A DNA stretch of 46,290 nt from assembly GCA_947441115.1 (NCBI GenBank), contig CANESS010000002.1, positions 1 to 46,290 of the forward strand, given 5' to 3'. Under the pieces are notes generated by a model. It worked only from the letters and a program-made list of their open reading frames with translations, ran no database searches and was not told the DNA's origin. Both the position numbers and the translations under genes were made by a program. Position 1 is the stretch's first letter. The number at the start of each line of letters is the position of its first letter. This stretch comes from Saprospirales bacterium (GTDB lineage Bacteria > Bacteroidota > Bacteroidia > Chitinophagales > JADJOU01). This document shows, piece by piece, positions 18,725-27,854 of this stretch.

Positions 18725-19900
18725 ATGCGCATTCTAAGCATTTTAATCATTATATTGCAATGTTATATACTATCTGCCCAATGCGATAATCGATACAACA
18801 CAGCCATTTTCCCTAATATTGACACGGCGTCCTATGAATTTGGACAAAATACAACGTATTCAGGAGCCATTCAAAAATTAAGTTTAGATCTTTATACCCC
18901 TAATGGAGATACTTTTAAAAATAGGCCATGTGTTGTTTTCTGTTTTGGAGGTGCTTTTGTGGAGGGCACTAGAAAATCTCTCGAATTAGTCTACTTTGCT
19001 AGAAATTTCGCACAGCGAGGTTTTGTCTGCGCTAGTATTGACTATAGGCTAGACAATGCAGTCAATTTGGCTGCAAATGGTGAAAATGGATCTGTGATTC
19101 GCGCTGTGCAGGATGCGAAAGCAGCTATTCGTTATCTTAAAAGTAAAGTAGCAGATTTTGGTATTGATAGCAATATGATTTTTATCGGGGGTACCTCTGC
19201 AGGGGGAATTACTGCCTTGACTATGGGCTATTCACAATTTGATGAGTTTAAGGATTCGGTTAAAACTATCATAAATAGTTTAGGGGGTTGGGAAGGGACC
19301 ACCAATAACCTAAGTCAATCATCTAAGGTCAAAGGGTTATTCAATTTTGCAGGGGCTGTGTTAGATACAAATCATATATTACTCAATGATCTGCCTGTGT
19401 ATCTCAATCATGCGAATGGAGACGCCACAGTTCCATTTCGCTCAGGCTATCCTCTCAATGGTCAGTCCAAGACTTTTGTGTATGGCAGTTTCAACATAGC
19501 TCAGCGCATGATCTCGAAAGGGAATTATTATGTTTTAGATTCTTTCAAATCAACGGATCATCCAGCATTCGCATCTGCTGACCTTCTTACAGCTCTTGCC
19601 AATCTCAATTTTACTTCTGATAATTTGAGAAAATTTCTCTATAAAGCAATGAAATGCGACCAAGGAACAAATTCATTAGCGAGTTTACCAGCCCCCAATT
19701 TTTATTTTGAAAATCCTGTTCGCCATATTTTAAATCTTCCTGAAGGAATTTATGCCAGTGATATCGAAATGTTTAATTTACTCGGTAAAAAAGTAAAATT
19801 GAAGAATGAAAATTCAAAACGGATTGATATAAGCTGTGAACCAAGGGGTATTTATTTGATTAAATATAAGGAATTAGTACAAAAAATAGTATTGGATTAA
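18725..19900 (+). CDS. Secreted alpha/beta-hydrolase (esterase/lipase-like) with type A T9SS C-terminal sorting domain
   Basis: 391-aa ORF with a signal peptide. Oxyanion-region FGGAF, nucleophile elbow GGTSAGG. The C-terminal tail [13 protein letters not shown]...GIYLIKY...KIVLD resembles Por_Secre_tail. Confidence 0.75.
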   Translation: MRILSILIIILQCYILSAQCDNRYNTAIFPNIDTASYEFGQNTTYSGAIQKLSLDLYTPNGDTFKNRPCVVFCFGGAFVEGTRKSLELVYFARNFAQRGFVCASIDYRLDNAVNLAANGENGSVIRAVQDAKAAIRYLKSKVADFGIDSNMIFIGGTSAGGITALTMGYSQFDEFKDSVKTIINSLGGWEGTTNNLSQSSKVKGLFNFAGAVLDTNHILLNDLPVYLNHANGDATVPFRSGYPLNGQSKTFVYGSFNIAQRMISKGNYYVLDSFKSTDHPAFASADLLTALANLNFTSDNLRKFLYKAMKCDQGTNSLASLPAPNFYFENPVRHILNLPEGIYASDIEMFNLLGKKVKLKNENSKRIDISCEPRGIYLIKYKELVQKIVLD

Positions 19901-19902
19901 TT

Positions 19903-22014
19903 ATGTCGTACAAATATTCATTTGAAGAATTATATTACGGAGAGGAAACTTCTGCAAAATCAGTCTATAAATTTGTAGAAGGAATAGAGGTGAAGAGTCA
20001 TTACAATCTTCAAGATTTAGATGGTATAGATTATCTAGGCTATAGTTGCGGACAGCCGCCCTTTTTGAGAGGCCCATATGCTTCTATGTATATCAACAAG
20101 CCTTGGACAATACGCCAATATGCTGGTTTTTCTACTGCGGAAAAATCGAATGAATTTTATAGAAAAAATTTGGCGGCAGGGCAGAAGGGATTGTCTATAG
20201 CCTTTGACTTAGCTACTCACAGAGGATATGATAGTGATCATCCACGTGTGATAGGCGATGTAGGAATGGCAGGAGTAGCTATAGATTCGGTAGAAGATAT
20301 GAAAATACTCTTTGATCAGATTCCTCTGGATGAAATGTCTGTGTCAATGACTATGAATGGCGCAGTGATACCCATTATGGCGTTTTATATCGCAGCGGCT
20401 GAAGAGCAAGGTGTTAGTCCTGAAAAGCTTTCAGGCACTATTCAAAACGATATTCTCAAGGAGTTTATGGTGCGAAACACCTATATCTATCCTCCGAAAA
20501 CTTCTATGCGTCTAATAGTAGATATTTTTCAATATACTTCGAAGAATATGCCGAAATTTAATTCCATTTCTATTTCTGGCTATCATATACAAGAAGCAGG
20601 AGCCAGCGCTGATATAGAATTGGCCTATACTTTGGCCGATGGGCTAGAATATTTGAAACTCGGTATCGAAAGTGGATTGGCCATAGATGATTTTGCTCCT
20701 AGGCTTTCTTTTTTCTGGGGTATAGGGATGAATCATTTTATGGAGATAGCTAAAATGCGTGCTGGTAGGATACTATGGGCAGAGATAGTCCAACAATTTA
20801 ACCCAAAGAACCCAAAATCACTGGCTCTAAGGGCCCACTGTCAGACAAGTGGTTGGAGTCTTACCGAACAGGATCCATATAATAATATAGCTCGTACCAC
20901 AATAGAAGCTATGTCTGCAGCATTTGGAGGCACTCAGTCTCTTCACACCAATGCGCTGGATGAAGCTATAGCATTACCTACTGATTTTTCAGCTGCTATA
21001 GCACGTAGTACACAAATTCATATTCAGAAAAACACCCATATTTGTGAGGCTATAGATCCGTGGGCAGGTTCATACTATTTAGAGAGCTTGACCAATGAAC
21101 TGATAAAAAAGGCAAGAATTCTCATCCAAGAAATTGCAGAGAATGGAGGTATGACAGCTGCTATAGAAAAGGGTATTCCTAAAATGCGAATTGAGGAATC
21201 TGCGGCTAAACGACAAGCTAAAATAGATGCAGGAATCGACACTATAGTAGGTGTGAATAAGTATAAAACCATCGATAAATCTAATATAGAAGTACTATCC
21301 ATAGATAATCTTGAAGTATTAGCAAAACAAAAAGCTAAACTAGAACGAGTGCGAGCCAATAGAAATGAAGAAACCGTGCAAAATTGCTTAAAGCAAATAG
21401 AATTAGCTGCATCGGATACTTCGTTTAATATTCTCGAATGTGCAGTAGAGGCAGCTAAAGAACGCGCTACATTAGGTGAAATCTCTGAAGCCTTAGAAAA
21501 GGTTTACGGACGCTATCATGCTAAGCAAAATCTAATATCGGGAGTATTTTCAAAAGAGATGAAAGATAATAAACTTTTCAAACAAGCTACTGAACTCAGT
21601 CAACAATTTGCGGATAGATATGGACGCCGCCCCCGTATATTAATAGCTAAAATGGGTCAAGATGGACATGATAGAGGAGCAAAAGTCATAGCCACTGCAT
21701 TTGCTGATTTAGGTTTTGATGTGGATATTAGCCCTATGTTCCAAACGCCTCAAGAGATAGCTAAGCAAGCAGTAGAAAACGATGTACATATTGTAGGAGT
21801 TTCATCTCTAGCTGGTGGCCACAAATCGCTTATTAAAACCCTAAAAGAAGAACTCCATCGCTATGAGCGAGAAGATATCGTTCTCGTTGCTGGTGGTGTA
21901 ATTCCAAAGCAGGATTATAAAAATCTCTATAACGACGGTGTGAAATTTATATTTGGTCCAGGGTCTATAATCGCCGAGAGTGCAAAGGCGATATTAGAAG
22001 ATTTCTTAGGGTAG
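19903..22014 (+). CDS. scpA: Methylmalonyl-CoA mutase, single-polypeptide large subunit with B12-binding domain
   Basis: 703-aa ORF. The N-terminal mutase barrel ([37 protein letters not shown]) is fused to a C-terminal cobalamin-binding domain with DxHxxG ([11 protein letters not shown]). Confidence 0.9.
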   Translation: MSYKYSFEELYYGEETSAKSVYKFVEGIEVKSHYNLQDLDGIDYLGYSCGQPPFLRGPYASMYINKPWTIRQYAGFSTAEKSNEFYRKNLAAGQKGLSIAFDLATHRGYDSDHPRVIGDVGMAGVAIDSVEDMKILFDQIPLDEMSVSMTMNGAVIPIMAFYIAAAEEQGVSPEKLSGTIQNDILKEFMVRNTYIYPPKTSMRLIVDIFQYTSKNMPKFNSISISGYHIQEAGASADIELAYTLADGLEYLKLGIESGLAIDDFAPRLSFFWGIGMNHFMEIAKMRAGRILWAEIVQQFNPKNPKSLALRAHCQTSGWSLTEQDPYNNIARTTIEAMSAAFGGTQSLHTNALDEAIALPTDFSAAIARSTQIHIQKNTHICEAIDPWAGSYYLESLTNELIKKARILIQEIAENGGMTAAIEKGIPKMRIEESAAKRQAKIDAGIDTIVGVNKYKTIDKSNIEVLSIDNLEVLAKQKAKLERVRANRNEETVQNCLKQIELAASDTSFNILECAVEAAKERATLGEISEALEKVYGRYHAKQNLISGVFSKEMKDNKLFKQATELSQQFADRYGRRPRILIAKMGQDGHDRGAKVIATAFADLGFDVDISPMFQTPQEIAKQAVENDVHIVGVSSLAGGHKSLIKTLKEELHRYEREDIVLVAGGVIPKQDYKNLYNDGVKFIFGPGSIIAESAKAILEDFLG

Positions 22015-22265
22015 AAGATAATTTCTAGTGTCTCATTCTTTCTAATTGCTCCTGCTGAGAAGGAAGAAAAGGTATGCTATAGTCTAATTTTTCGGAGAAT
22101 CTAGGGCCAATTTTTGCGTATCAAATAAATCCTAATTTCCCTGATATACACTATAGCCTTGTGACTGAGATGCATTAGGAGGTCAGGGCTCATGCGTTAG
22201 CCTGTATTCAGATAGATGTCTATTTTTTTTCTTAATAGTTACGGGCAGTAGAAGCATAAAATCAT

Positions 22266-23246
22266 CTACTGCTCAGAAACTTTACTTTGTTTTAGCAAAT
22301 TGAATTTTTGAATAATATTTTTTACATCTATTTTCACACCAAGTAGCCAAAAAATAATGCGGTTTTTGAAATCTAGAAATTGCTTGGTAAGATTTTTATC
22401 CTTTGCTTGAATAGATCCGTGTAATACCACATACGAATTTTCCTCTAGATAAATATCTATATTGCTATAGTTAATTTTATCCTGATATAACTCGTCTTTT
22501 ATATGCAGTGAGTTATAGTCTTTGATTTTTCCCATTCCCATATACTTATAATCTATATTTTTACTTTCTAGCAAATGTGTAAAGATGAAATTGAGCATAT
22601 TGACTCCTTTTACATAGCTATATCCGCTAAGGTAGTTTTAGTTTAATTGTTTCCCCACAATTTTTCCCAAACTAGCTTTAATGTCTTTCATTAAAAAGCC
22701 GTCATCTTTTTTATAGAATCTATGTACTTTCGGATAAGAGCCAGAAATATAAAATTTACGACTATCATTCGATTTAGGAAACTGATAGACTTCTATATCC
22801 ATCTCTTGAAATCGAGCGCAATGGTCATTTACTATAAATTCCTCTCGATAGAATGCTCTCTGACTATAGGGCGCAGGCAAATGGTTGACATAAAAACTGT
22901 CAAAGGCTCTTTGGAGATATAATTTCGGATCAACGGAATAAATCAATATTGGAGGTAAGACAAATCGATGATGCGAGAGGAGCACCTTTTCTTTTAAATG
23001 TATAGCTGAGATGAGTTGTCTTTGGTAACCCAAATACGAAATAGCTATTGTATCTTTAGAAGAGAGCATGTGAGGTATATTTGACCTGCCTTCTATATCT
23101 GTAAAATGAATATTAGGGTAGTTGAAGACGATGACCGACACTCCTGCTAGAGGCAATTGAGTAGCGCTATCTAGAATAGAAATAGTCGTCTGCGCTGATA
23201 GATTTACGCAAAGAAAAATTCAGAAAAGAAGTAAAAGCTGTTTCAA
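22266..23246 (-). pseudogene. CarboxypepD_reg-like domain protein interrupted by in-frame TGA and TAA
   Basis: One continuous frame. It starts at TTG 23246 (overlapping the upstream TGA as TTGA). The signal peptide reads KQLLLLF*IFLCVNLSAQ, with TGA at 23220-23222. Then comes TTISILDSATQLPLAGVSVIV...TDIEGRS...ISYLGYQ, the carboxypeptidase-regulatory-like fold pattern. A TAA lies at 22638-22640, and the frame stays open through NYLSGYSYVKGVN into ORF 22266-22598. Confidence 0.55.
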
Positions 23247-23620
23247 ATTTTTTTACTGAAAAAATGATATGCTAGCATTAACCAAGCAATAACGAACAAT
23301 AACCCCCCGAGAGGAGTCACTGGCCATAGGAAGTGAAAATTGATATGGTGAACGGCTTCAGTGGTCATTAATAAATTAGAACTAGCAAAACATACTATGC
23401 CAAGGATAAAAATATATGATACAGTCATCAACTGTTTACTATATACCTGCTGGGATAGATATAGCAAAGGGGCTAGGTGAAAAAATAAATACTCTATACC
23501 GACACGATAGGCAGCATAGCGCGTAGGATCTATTTTGTCTTTGACCCCATGAGCACCAAATGCACCGAATAATACCCCAAGAGCTCCAATGATAGCAGCT
23601 ATCATTCCAATTTTTCTCAT
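23243..23620 (-). CDS. DUF423 (YgdD/TMEM256-like) membrane protein
   Basis: Hallmark GAFGAHG motif and four hydrophobic helices. I chose the start MRKIGMIAAII (ATG 23620) over the track's 23662 because homologs begin just before the first helix. Confidence 0.7.
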   Translation of the reverse strand: MRKIGMIAAIIGALGVLFGAFGAHGVKDKIDPTRYAAYRVGIEYLFFHLAPLLYLSQQVYSKQLMTVSYIFILGIVCFASSNLLMTTEAVHHINFHFLWPVTPLGGLLFVIAWLMLAYHFFSKKI

Positions 23621-23813
23621 GACTAACTTTTTTGTAAAATTAGAAGGAATAGAATTTCTCATGATAATTTATTCACTTGATAGAGAGTATTCCTAAGCGC
23701 TATATACCTATAATACTTCTCACATGGTTGAATGTATTCATTCCTTTTAGTACAAAAAATATTGAAATTCATGTAGTTATAAAGTAACTAGTATTTACTC
23801 TATTTTTTTGATA

Positions 23814-23821
23814 TATATTTG
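23814..23821 (+). promoter_or_regulatory. -7 promoter box TATATTTG
   Basis: Exact TAnnTTTG match, 19 nt upstream of the dnaX ATG. Confidence 0.4.
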
Positions 23822-23840
23822 TGAATAGTAAAAAGGAAAA

Positions 23841-25484
23841 ATGAGTGAAGCATTTATAGTATCTGCCAGAAAATACAGACCACAGCGTTTTGACGAAGTG
23901 GTAGGTCAGGAAGCGACTACGCAGACGCTAAAAAATGCTATAAAAAATAAGCAGCTAGCACACTCTTTTTTATTCTGTGGTTCTAGAGGGATCGGCAAGA
24001 CGACGATTGCGCGTATATTTGCTAAAACTATAAATTGTAAAAATCTACAATTAGACGGAGAAGCATGCAATCAATGCGATGCTTGTTTATCTTTTAATAA
24101 TCATGCATCATTCAATATCATTGAACTTGATGCTGCAAGTAAGAATTCAGTAGATGATATTCGGGAGCTTATAGAGCAGGTGCAGTATGCTCCGCAGAAT
24201 GCAGAATACAAAGTCTTTATCATAGACGAGGTTCACATGCTTTCTTCTTCCGCCTTCAATGCTTTTTTAAAGACCCTTGAAGAACCGCCAGCATATGCTA
24301 AGTTTATTTTAGCTACCACTGAAAAACATAAGATATTACCGACCATACTTTCTAGATGTCAGATTTATGATTTTAAAAGAATCAGTATCGAAGACATACA
24401 GCAGCATTTGAAAAAAATAGCTGTAAAGGAGAATATTGATGCCGATCAAAATTCCCTCAATCTCATTGCTCAAAAAGCTGATGGCGGACTTCGAGACGCA
24501 CTATCTATGTTTGATAGATTGGTAAGCATGAATGGCCAGAAGTTGGAGTATGCCTCGGTAGTCAAGAGTTTAAATATTCTAGACCATGTAGTCTATTTTC
24601 AATTTTTAGAAAACATATTGAATGAAAGAAGCGATGCCGTTCTTCTTTTGTTAAATGATGTCTTGTCTAATGGATTCGATTTGGACGTATTCATATCTGG
24701 ACTTGCGGAGCATATCCGCCATCTATGGGTAGCAAAAAAAGATACTACGTTAGTGCTATTAGAGTTTAATCTTGAAGTGAAGACTCTGTTTGTAGATCAA
24801 AGTAAACTCATTGACGAGGCGTCTATGATTAATATGCTCCAGATTATTAGTGAATGTGAAGTGAATATGAAAACCACTCGCAATAGAAGGCTCACTGTCG
24901 AGTTGGCATTACTTAAAATGTGCTACTTGAAAAAATTGATGCAATCTAGCTGGACTGAGCTGGGTGAAAAAAAAAAATCTGACAATATAGTCACAACTCC
25001 CTCAGCTTCAAAGAATCTGGAGATTACCACCCCGCCCAATGCTCCTAACGGCTCCAAATTAGAGATTGGTTTAGCGGATATTTTATCCAAAGTAGATATA
25101 AAACTGAATGTGGCGCAGGATATAAAGCTACCTGAACTTAAGCAGATCACAAAGGAGAATATCTGGAATCTTATGCTTGAGAAATTTGATGGGACCCTCT
25201 CTGAAAAGCAGATGCTATTATCTCTTGAGCCAACTATAGATCAAACTAGGTTTATTTTAGGATTGGAAAGTGAAAGCTTGGCTAAAATGGTTGAATTCAC
25301 TTTTGTGCGCTTGAAAAAAATCTATACTGAGATTACAGGGGATTTAGCAGAGTTTCATTGTGAAGTGGATACCTCCAATCTAATAGAGGATGTTACCAAG
25401 AGGCAAGCCTTTGAAGAATTAGTAACCAAGTATCCTATATTGTATCAAATTCATGAGACATTCAAGCTAGACTTTAATACTTAG
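23841..25484 (+). CDS. dnaX: DNA polymerase III subunit tau (gamma/tau)
   Basis: 547-aa ORF. Walker A GSRGIGKTT, zinc module CNQCDAC, Walker B/sensor IIDEVHMLS and the SRC motif (LSRCQ). Confidence 0.95.
   Translation: MSEAFIVSARKYRPQRFDEVVGQEATTQTLKNAIKNKQLAHSFLFCGSRGIGKTTIARIFAKTINCKNLQLDGEACNQCDACLSFNNHASFNIIELDAASKNSVDDIRELIEQVQYAPQNAEYKVFIIDEVHMLSSSAFNAFLKTLEEPPAYAKFILATTEKHKILPTILSRCQIYDFKRISIEDIQQHLKKIAVKENIDADQNSLNLIAQKADGGLRDALSMFDRLVSMNGQKLEYASVVKSLNILDHVVYFQFLENILNERSDAVLLLLNDVLSNGFDLDVFISGLAEHIRHLWVAKKDTTLVLLEFNLEVKTLFVDQSKLIDEASMINMLQIISECEVNMKTTRNRRLTVELALLKMCYLKKLMQSSWTELGEKKKSDNIVTTPSASKNLEITTPPNAPNGSKLEIGLADILSKVDIKLNVAQDIKLPELKQITKENIWNLMLEKFDGTLSEKQMLLSLEPTIDQTRFILGLESESLAKMVEFTFVRLKKIYTEITGDLAEFHCEVDTSNLIEDVTKRQAFEELVTKYPILYQIHETFKLDFNT
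24967..24977 (+). other. A11 homopolymer (slippery tract) inside dnaX
   Basis: GAA AAA AAA AAA at codons 376-379. The -1 frame reads ATC TGA immediately after the run. The +1 frame reads AAT CTG ACA ATA TAG. Confidence 0.5.
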
Positions 25485-26494
25485 GTATTGGCTTTTTCCC
25501 AATGCCAAGCCGTTAGCATCATATCTTCAATCGTTTTCTTTGGTTTCCAGTTTAATAATTTGGTAGATTTGTTTGTATCAGAATAGACGGCAATGACATC
25601 TCCTTCTCTTGGGGCAGTAATTTCCTTCTGAATTTCGATACCCGTGACTTTTTCAAATGCAGCAATCAATTCTAAAACGGTGACCCCAGATCCAGAGCCT
25701 ACATTTATGATCTCATGGCTATGAAAATGATTAAGCTTACTTAGATATTTTAGGGCTGCTGTATGCGCTTCGGCTACATCCATAACGTGAATATAATCTC
25801 TTATGCAACTACCGTCGCGTGTAGGAAGTTGATTTCCGAAAATCATTAACTTCTCATATTTCCCTGCGGCAGTGCCTGTGATTCTAGGGACTAAATTGCT
25901 TGGAGTTACGGCAGGATTTTCTCCAATGAATCCAGCTGTGTGCGCACCAACTGGGTTAAAGTATCTCAAGGAAATAAAATTAGCTGGAATTTCTATTTTA
26001 GCATCTTCTAATAGCATTTCCCCCACCACTTTGGTAGAAGCATAAGGACTTTGTGCGGGGTTTAACTTGGTGGTTTCAGATACAGGAAGCGAATCTATAT
26101 TGCCATAGACGGAGCAGCTAGAGCTAAATACAAAATTATCAACCTCATACTTTTTTACTATATCTAGTAAGTTGAGAAGTCCTTCTACATTGTTTCGATA
26201 ATACATAAGCGGCTTCGCTACACTTTCTCCTACATATTTATTTGCAGCGAAATGAATGATCCCATCTATTTGGCCTTCCAGTTCAAATACCTTTTCCAAT
26301 CCTGATTTGTCGCATAGGTCTACCTCATAAAAAGACGGTCGTTTGCCTGTCGTTTTTTCTATACCGTCAATGACTTCTATTTTAGATCTACTCAGATTGT
26401 CAATAATAAAGGCATCATAGCCATTTCCTAACAAATCTACTACTGTATGTGAGCCTATATATCCAGTGCCTCCAGTGACTAATACTTTTTTCAT
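25481..26494 (-). CDS. galE: UDP-glucose 4-epimerase
   Basis: 337-aa extended SDR. Contains VLVTGGTGYIGSH, catalytic YASTK, and the typical GalE length. Confidence 0.9.
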   Translation of the reverse strand: MKKVLVTGGTGYIGSHTVVDLLGNGYDAFIIDNLSRSKIEVIDGIEKTTGKRPSFYEVDLCDKSGLEKVFELEGQIDGIIHFAANKYVGESVAKPLMYYRNNVEGLLNLLDIVKKYEVDNFVFSSSCSVYGNIDSLPVSETTKLNPAQSPYASTKVVGEMLLEDAKIEIPANFISLRYFNPVGAHTAGFIGENPAVTPSNLVPRITGTAAGKYEKLMIFGNQLPTRDGSCIRDYIHVMDVAEAHTAALKYLSKLNHFHSHEIINVGSGSGVTVLELIAAFEKVTGIEIQKEITAPREGDVIAVYSDTNKSTKLLNWKPKKTIEDMMLTAWHWEKANT

Positions 26495-26554
26495 TTGTTA
26501 TTTTTAGTTTTTAGAGTTGTACTTATGTTTAAATTGCTAATTTATATGCTCATT

Positions 26555-27688
26555 TCACGATTTGCTTTCAGCTAAAATTTTATTATAAAGTGCTTCGTAT
26601 TGAGGGAGAATGATTTTAATATCAAATTTTTGAGCTGTTTGATAAGCTTGCTTTTTAAACAGACTTAAGCTCTCATCGCTTGCTAGGATTTTCTTGGCAT
26701 ATAGAGCCATAGAGGCGACGTCACCTACCGGACACATGTAGCCATTGATTCCATTCTCTATGAGTTCAGGAAGACCTCCCGTATCGCTAGCTAGCACCGG
26801 GACATGGCAGGCCATAGCTTCCAGAGCTGCTAAACCGAAACTTTCTGATTCACTCGGCAGTATCATGAGGTCACTGATAGCAAATAATTCTTCTACCGCC
26901 TCCTGTTTTCCAAGAAATTTCACTGCTTCACATATCTTCAGTTCTCGACACAATTCTTCACATTTCTGCCTCTCTGGTCCGTCGCCAACCATGAGAAGCT
27001 TAGAAGGCATTTCCTTGCTCAGGAGATCATACATTAGAATGACATCTTCAGCGCGTTTTACTTTTCTAAAATTGGAGATGTGAATCAAAATGCGCTCATG
27101 ATCTTGCGCCACTAACTTTCTAAAATGAGGTTTTTCTATCTTTAGAAATCGTTCTAAATTAATAAAGTTGTGAATAACGTCTATCTCATTTGAAATTTTG
27201 AAAGATTGTAGTGTATCATTTTTCAAAGAATGGGAAACGGTGGTCACCCCATCGGATTTATTAATAGAAAATTCCACCACTGGAAGAAAAGACTTATCCT
27301 TGCCTACTAGGGTTATATCGGTGCCGTGCAGAGTAGTAATAAATGGAATATGAATACCTTTTTCTTTTAATATTTGCTGTGCCAGATAGGCAGCAGAGGC
27401 ATGCGGTATCGCATAGTGAACATGCAAAATATCTAGTTTTTCAAATTGAACCACATCGACCATGCGCGATGCTAGAGCAGTCTCGTATGGGGGATATTGA
27501 AATAAGGCATAATTCTCAAAACTGACCTCATGGTAGCTTATATTTGGGTGAAAGCTATCTAAGCGAAATGGTTGCTTATAGGTAATAAAATGCACTGAGT
27601 GACCTTTAAGAGCTAAGCCTTTCCCAAGCTCAGTAGCTACTACTCCACTCCCACCATAGGTGGGATAACAGACTATTCCTATATTCAT
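26555..27688 (-). CDS. bshA: GT4 glycosyltransferase, BshA-like (N-acetyl-alpha-D-glucosaminyl L-malate synthase)
   Basis: The N-terminus MNIGIVCYPTYGGSGVVATELGKGLALKGHSVHFITY is highly characteristic of BshA, and the C-terminal GT-B EX7E region (ESFGLAALEAMA) is present. I moved the start to ATG 27688 because the -7 box at 27706-27713 sits only 2 nt from the track's ATG at 27703. Confidence 0.8.
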   Translation of the reverse strand: MNIGIVCYPTYGGSGVVATELGKGLALKGHSVHFITYKQPFRLDSFHPNISYHEVSFENYALFQYPPYETALASRMVDVVQFEKLDILHVHYAIPHASAAYLAQQILKEKGIHIPFITTLHGTDITLVGKDKSFLPVVEFSINKSDGVTTVSHSLKNDTLQSFKISNEIDVIHNFINLERFLKIEKPHFRKLVAQDHERILIHISNFRKVKRAEDVILMYDLLSKEMPSKLLMVGDGPERQKCEELCRELKICEAVKFLGKQEAVEELFAISDLMILPSESESFGLAALEAMACHVPVLASDTGGLPELIENGINGYMCPVGDVASMALYAKKILASDESLSLFKKQAYQTAQKFDIKIILPQYEALYNKILAESKS

Positions 27689-27705
27689 ACTTAAATTTTT
27701 CATGA

Positions 27706-27713
27706 CAAATTTA
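27706..27713 (-). promoter_or_regulatory. -7 promoter box TAAATTTG (minus strand)
   Basis: The plus-strand CAAATTTA is the reverse complement of TAnnTTTG. It lies 17 nt upstream of ATG 27688. Confidence 0.35.
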
Positions 27714-27854
27714 GAACTAATAGCTTATTCTAAATCTTTTTATATAATATTAAGCTCTGAGACTAGCTAATTTGGTTTTATGCGGACAAATCTATCCTAG
27801 CCATCTTTGCATTCCTATCTGTATATCTGTAAAAATCCTTATTTTTGGGTTTTT

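Noticed and set aside
22245-22272. An 8-bp hairpin GCAGTAGA/TCTACTGC at the 3' end of the CarboxypepD_reg-like pseudogene, in the otherwise unassigned 250-bp region 22015-22265.
   Set aside because: No T tract follows it on either strand, so I cannot call it a terminator. I recognise no riboswitch or sRNA motif in the region. It would need an Rfam/Infernal scan.
15312-23222. The idea that the in-frame TGA codons (15312-15314 between the RDD gene and the next ORF, 23220-23222 in a signal peptide) reflect TGA recoding. The options considered were genetic code 4/25 or selenocysteine.
   Set aside because: TGA terminates the DUF1801 gene (3568-3570) and bshA (26555-26557). bshA ends at a length I judge typical for the family. 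The same broken genes also carry in-frame TAA. No SECIS-like hairpin is evident. TGA at 15312 is best read as the natural stop of the RDD gene.
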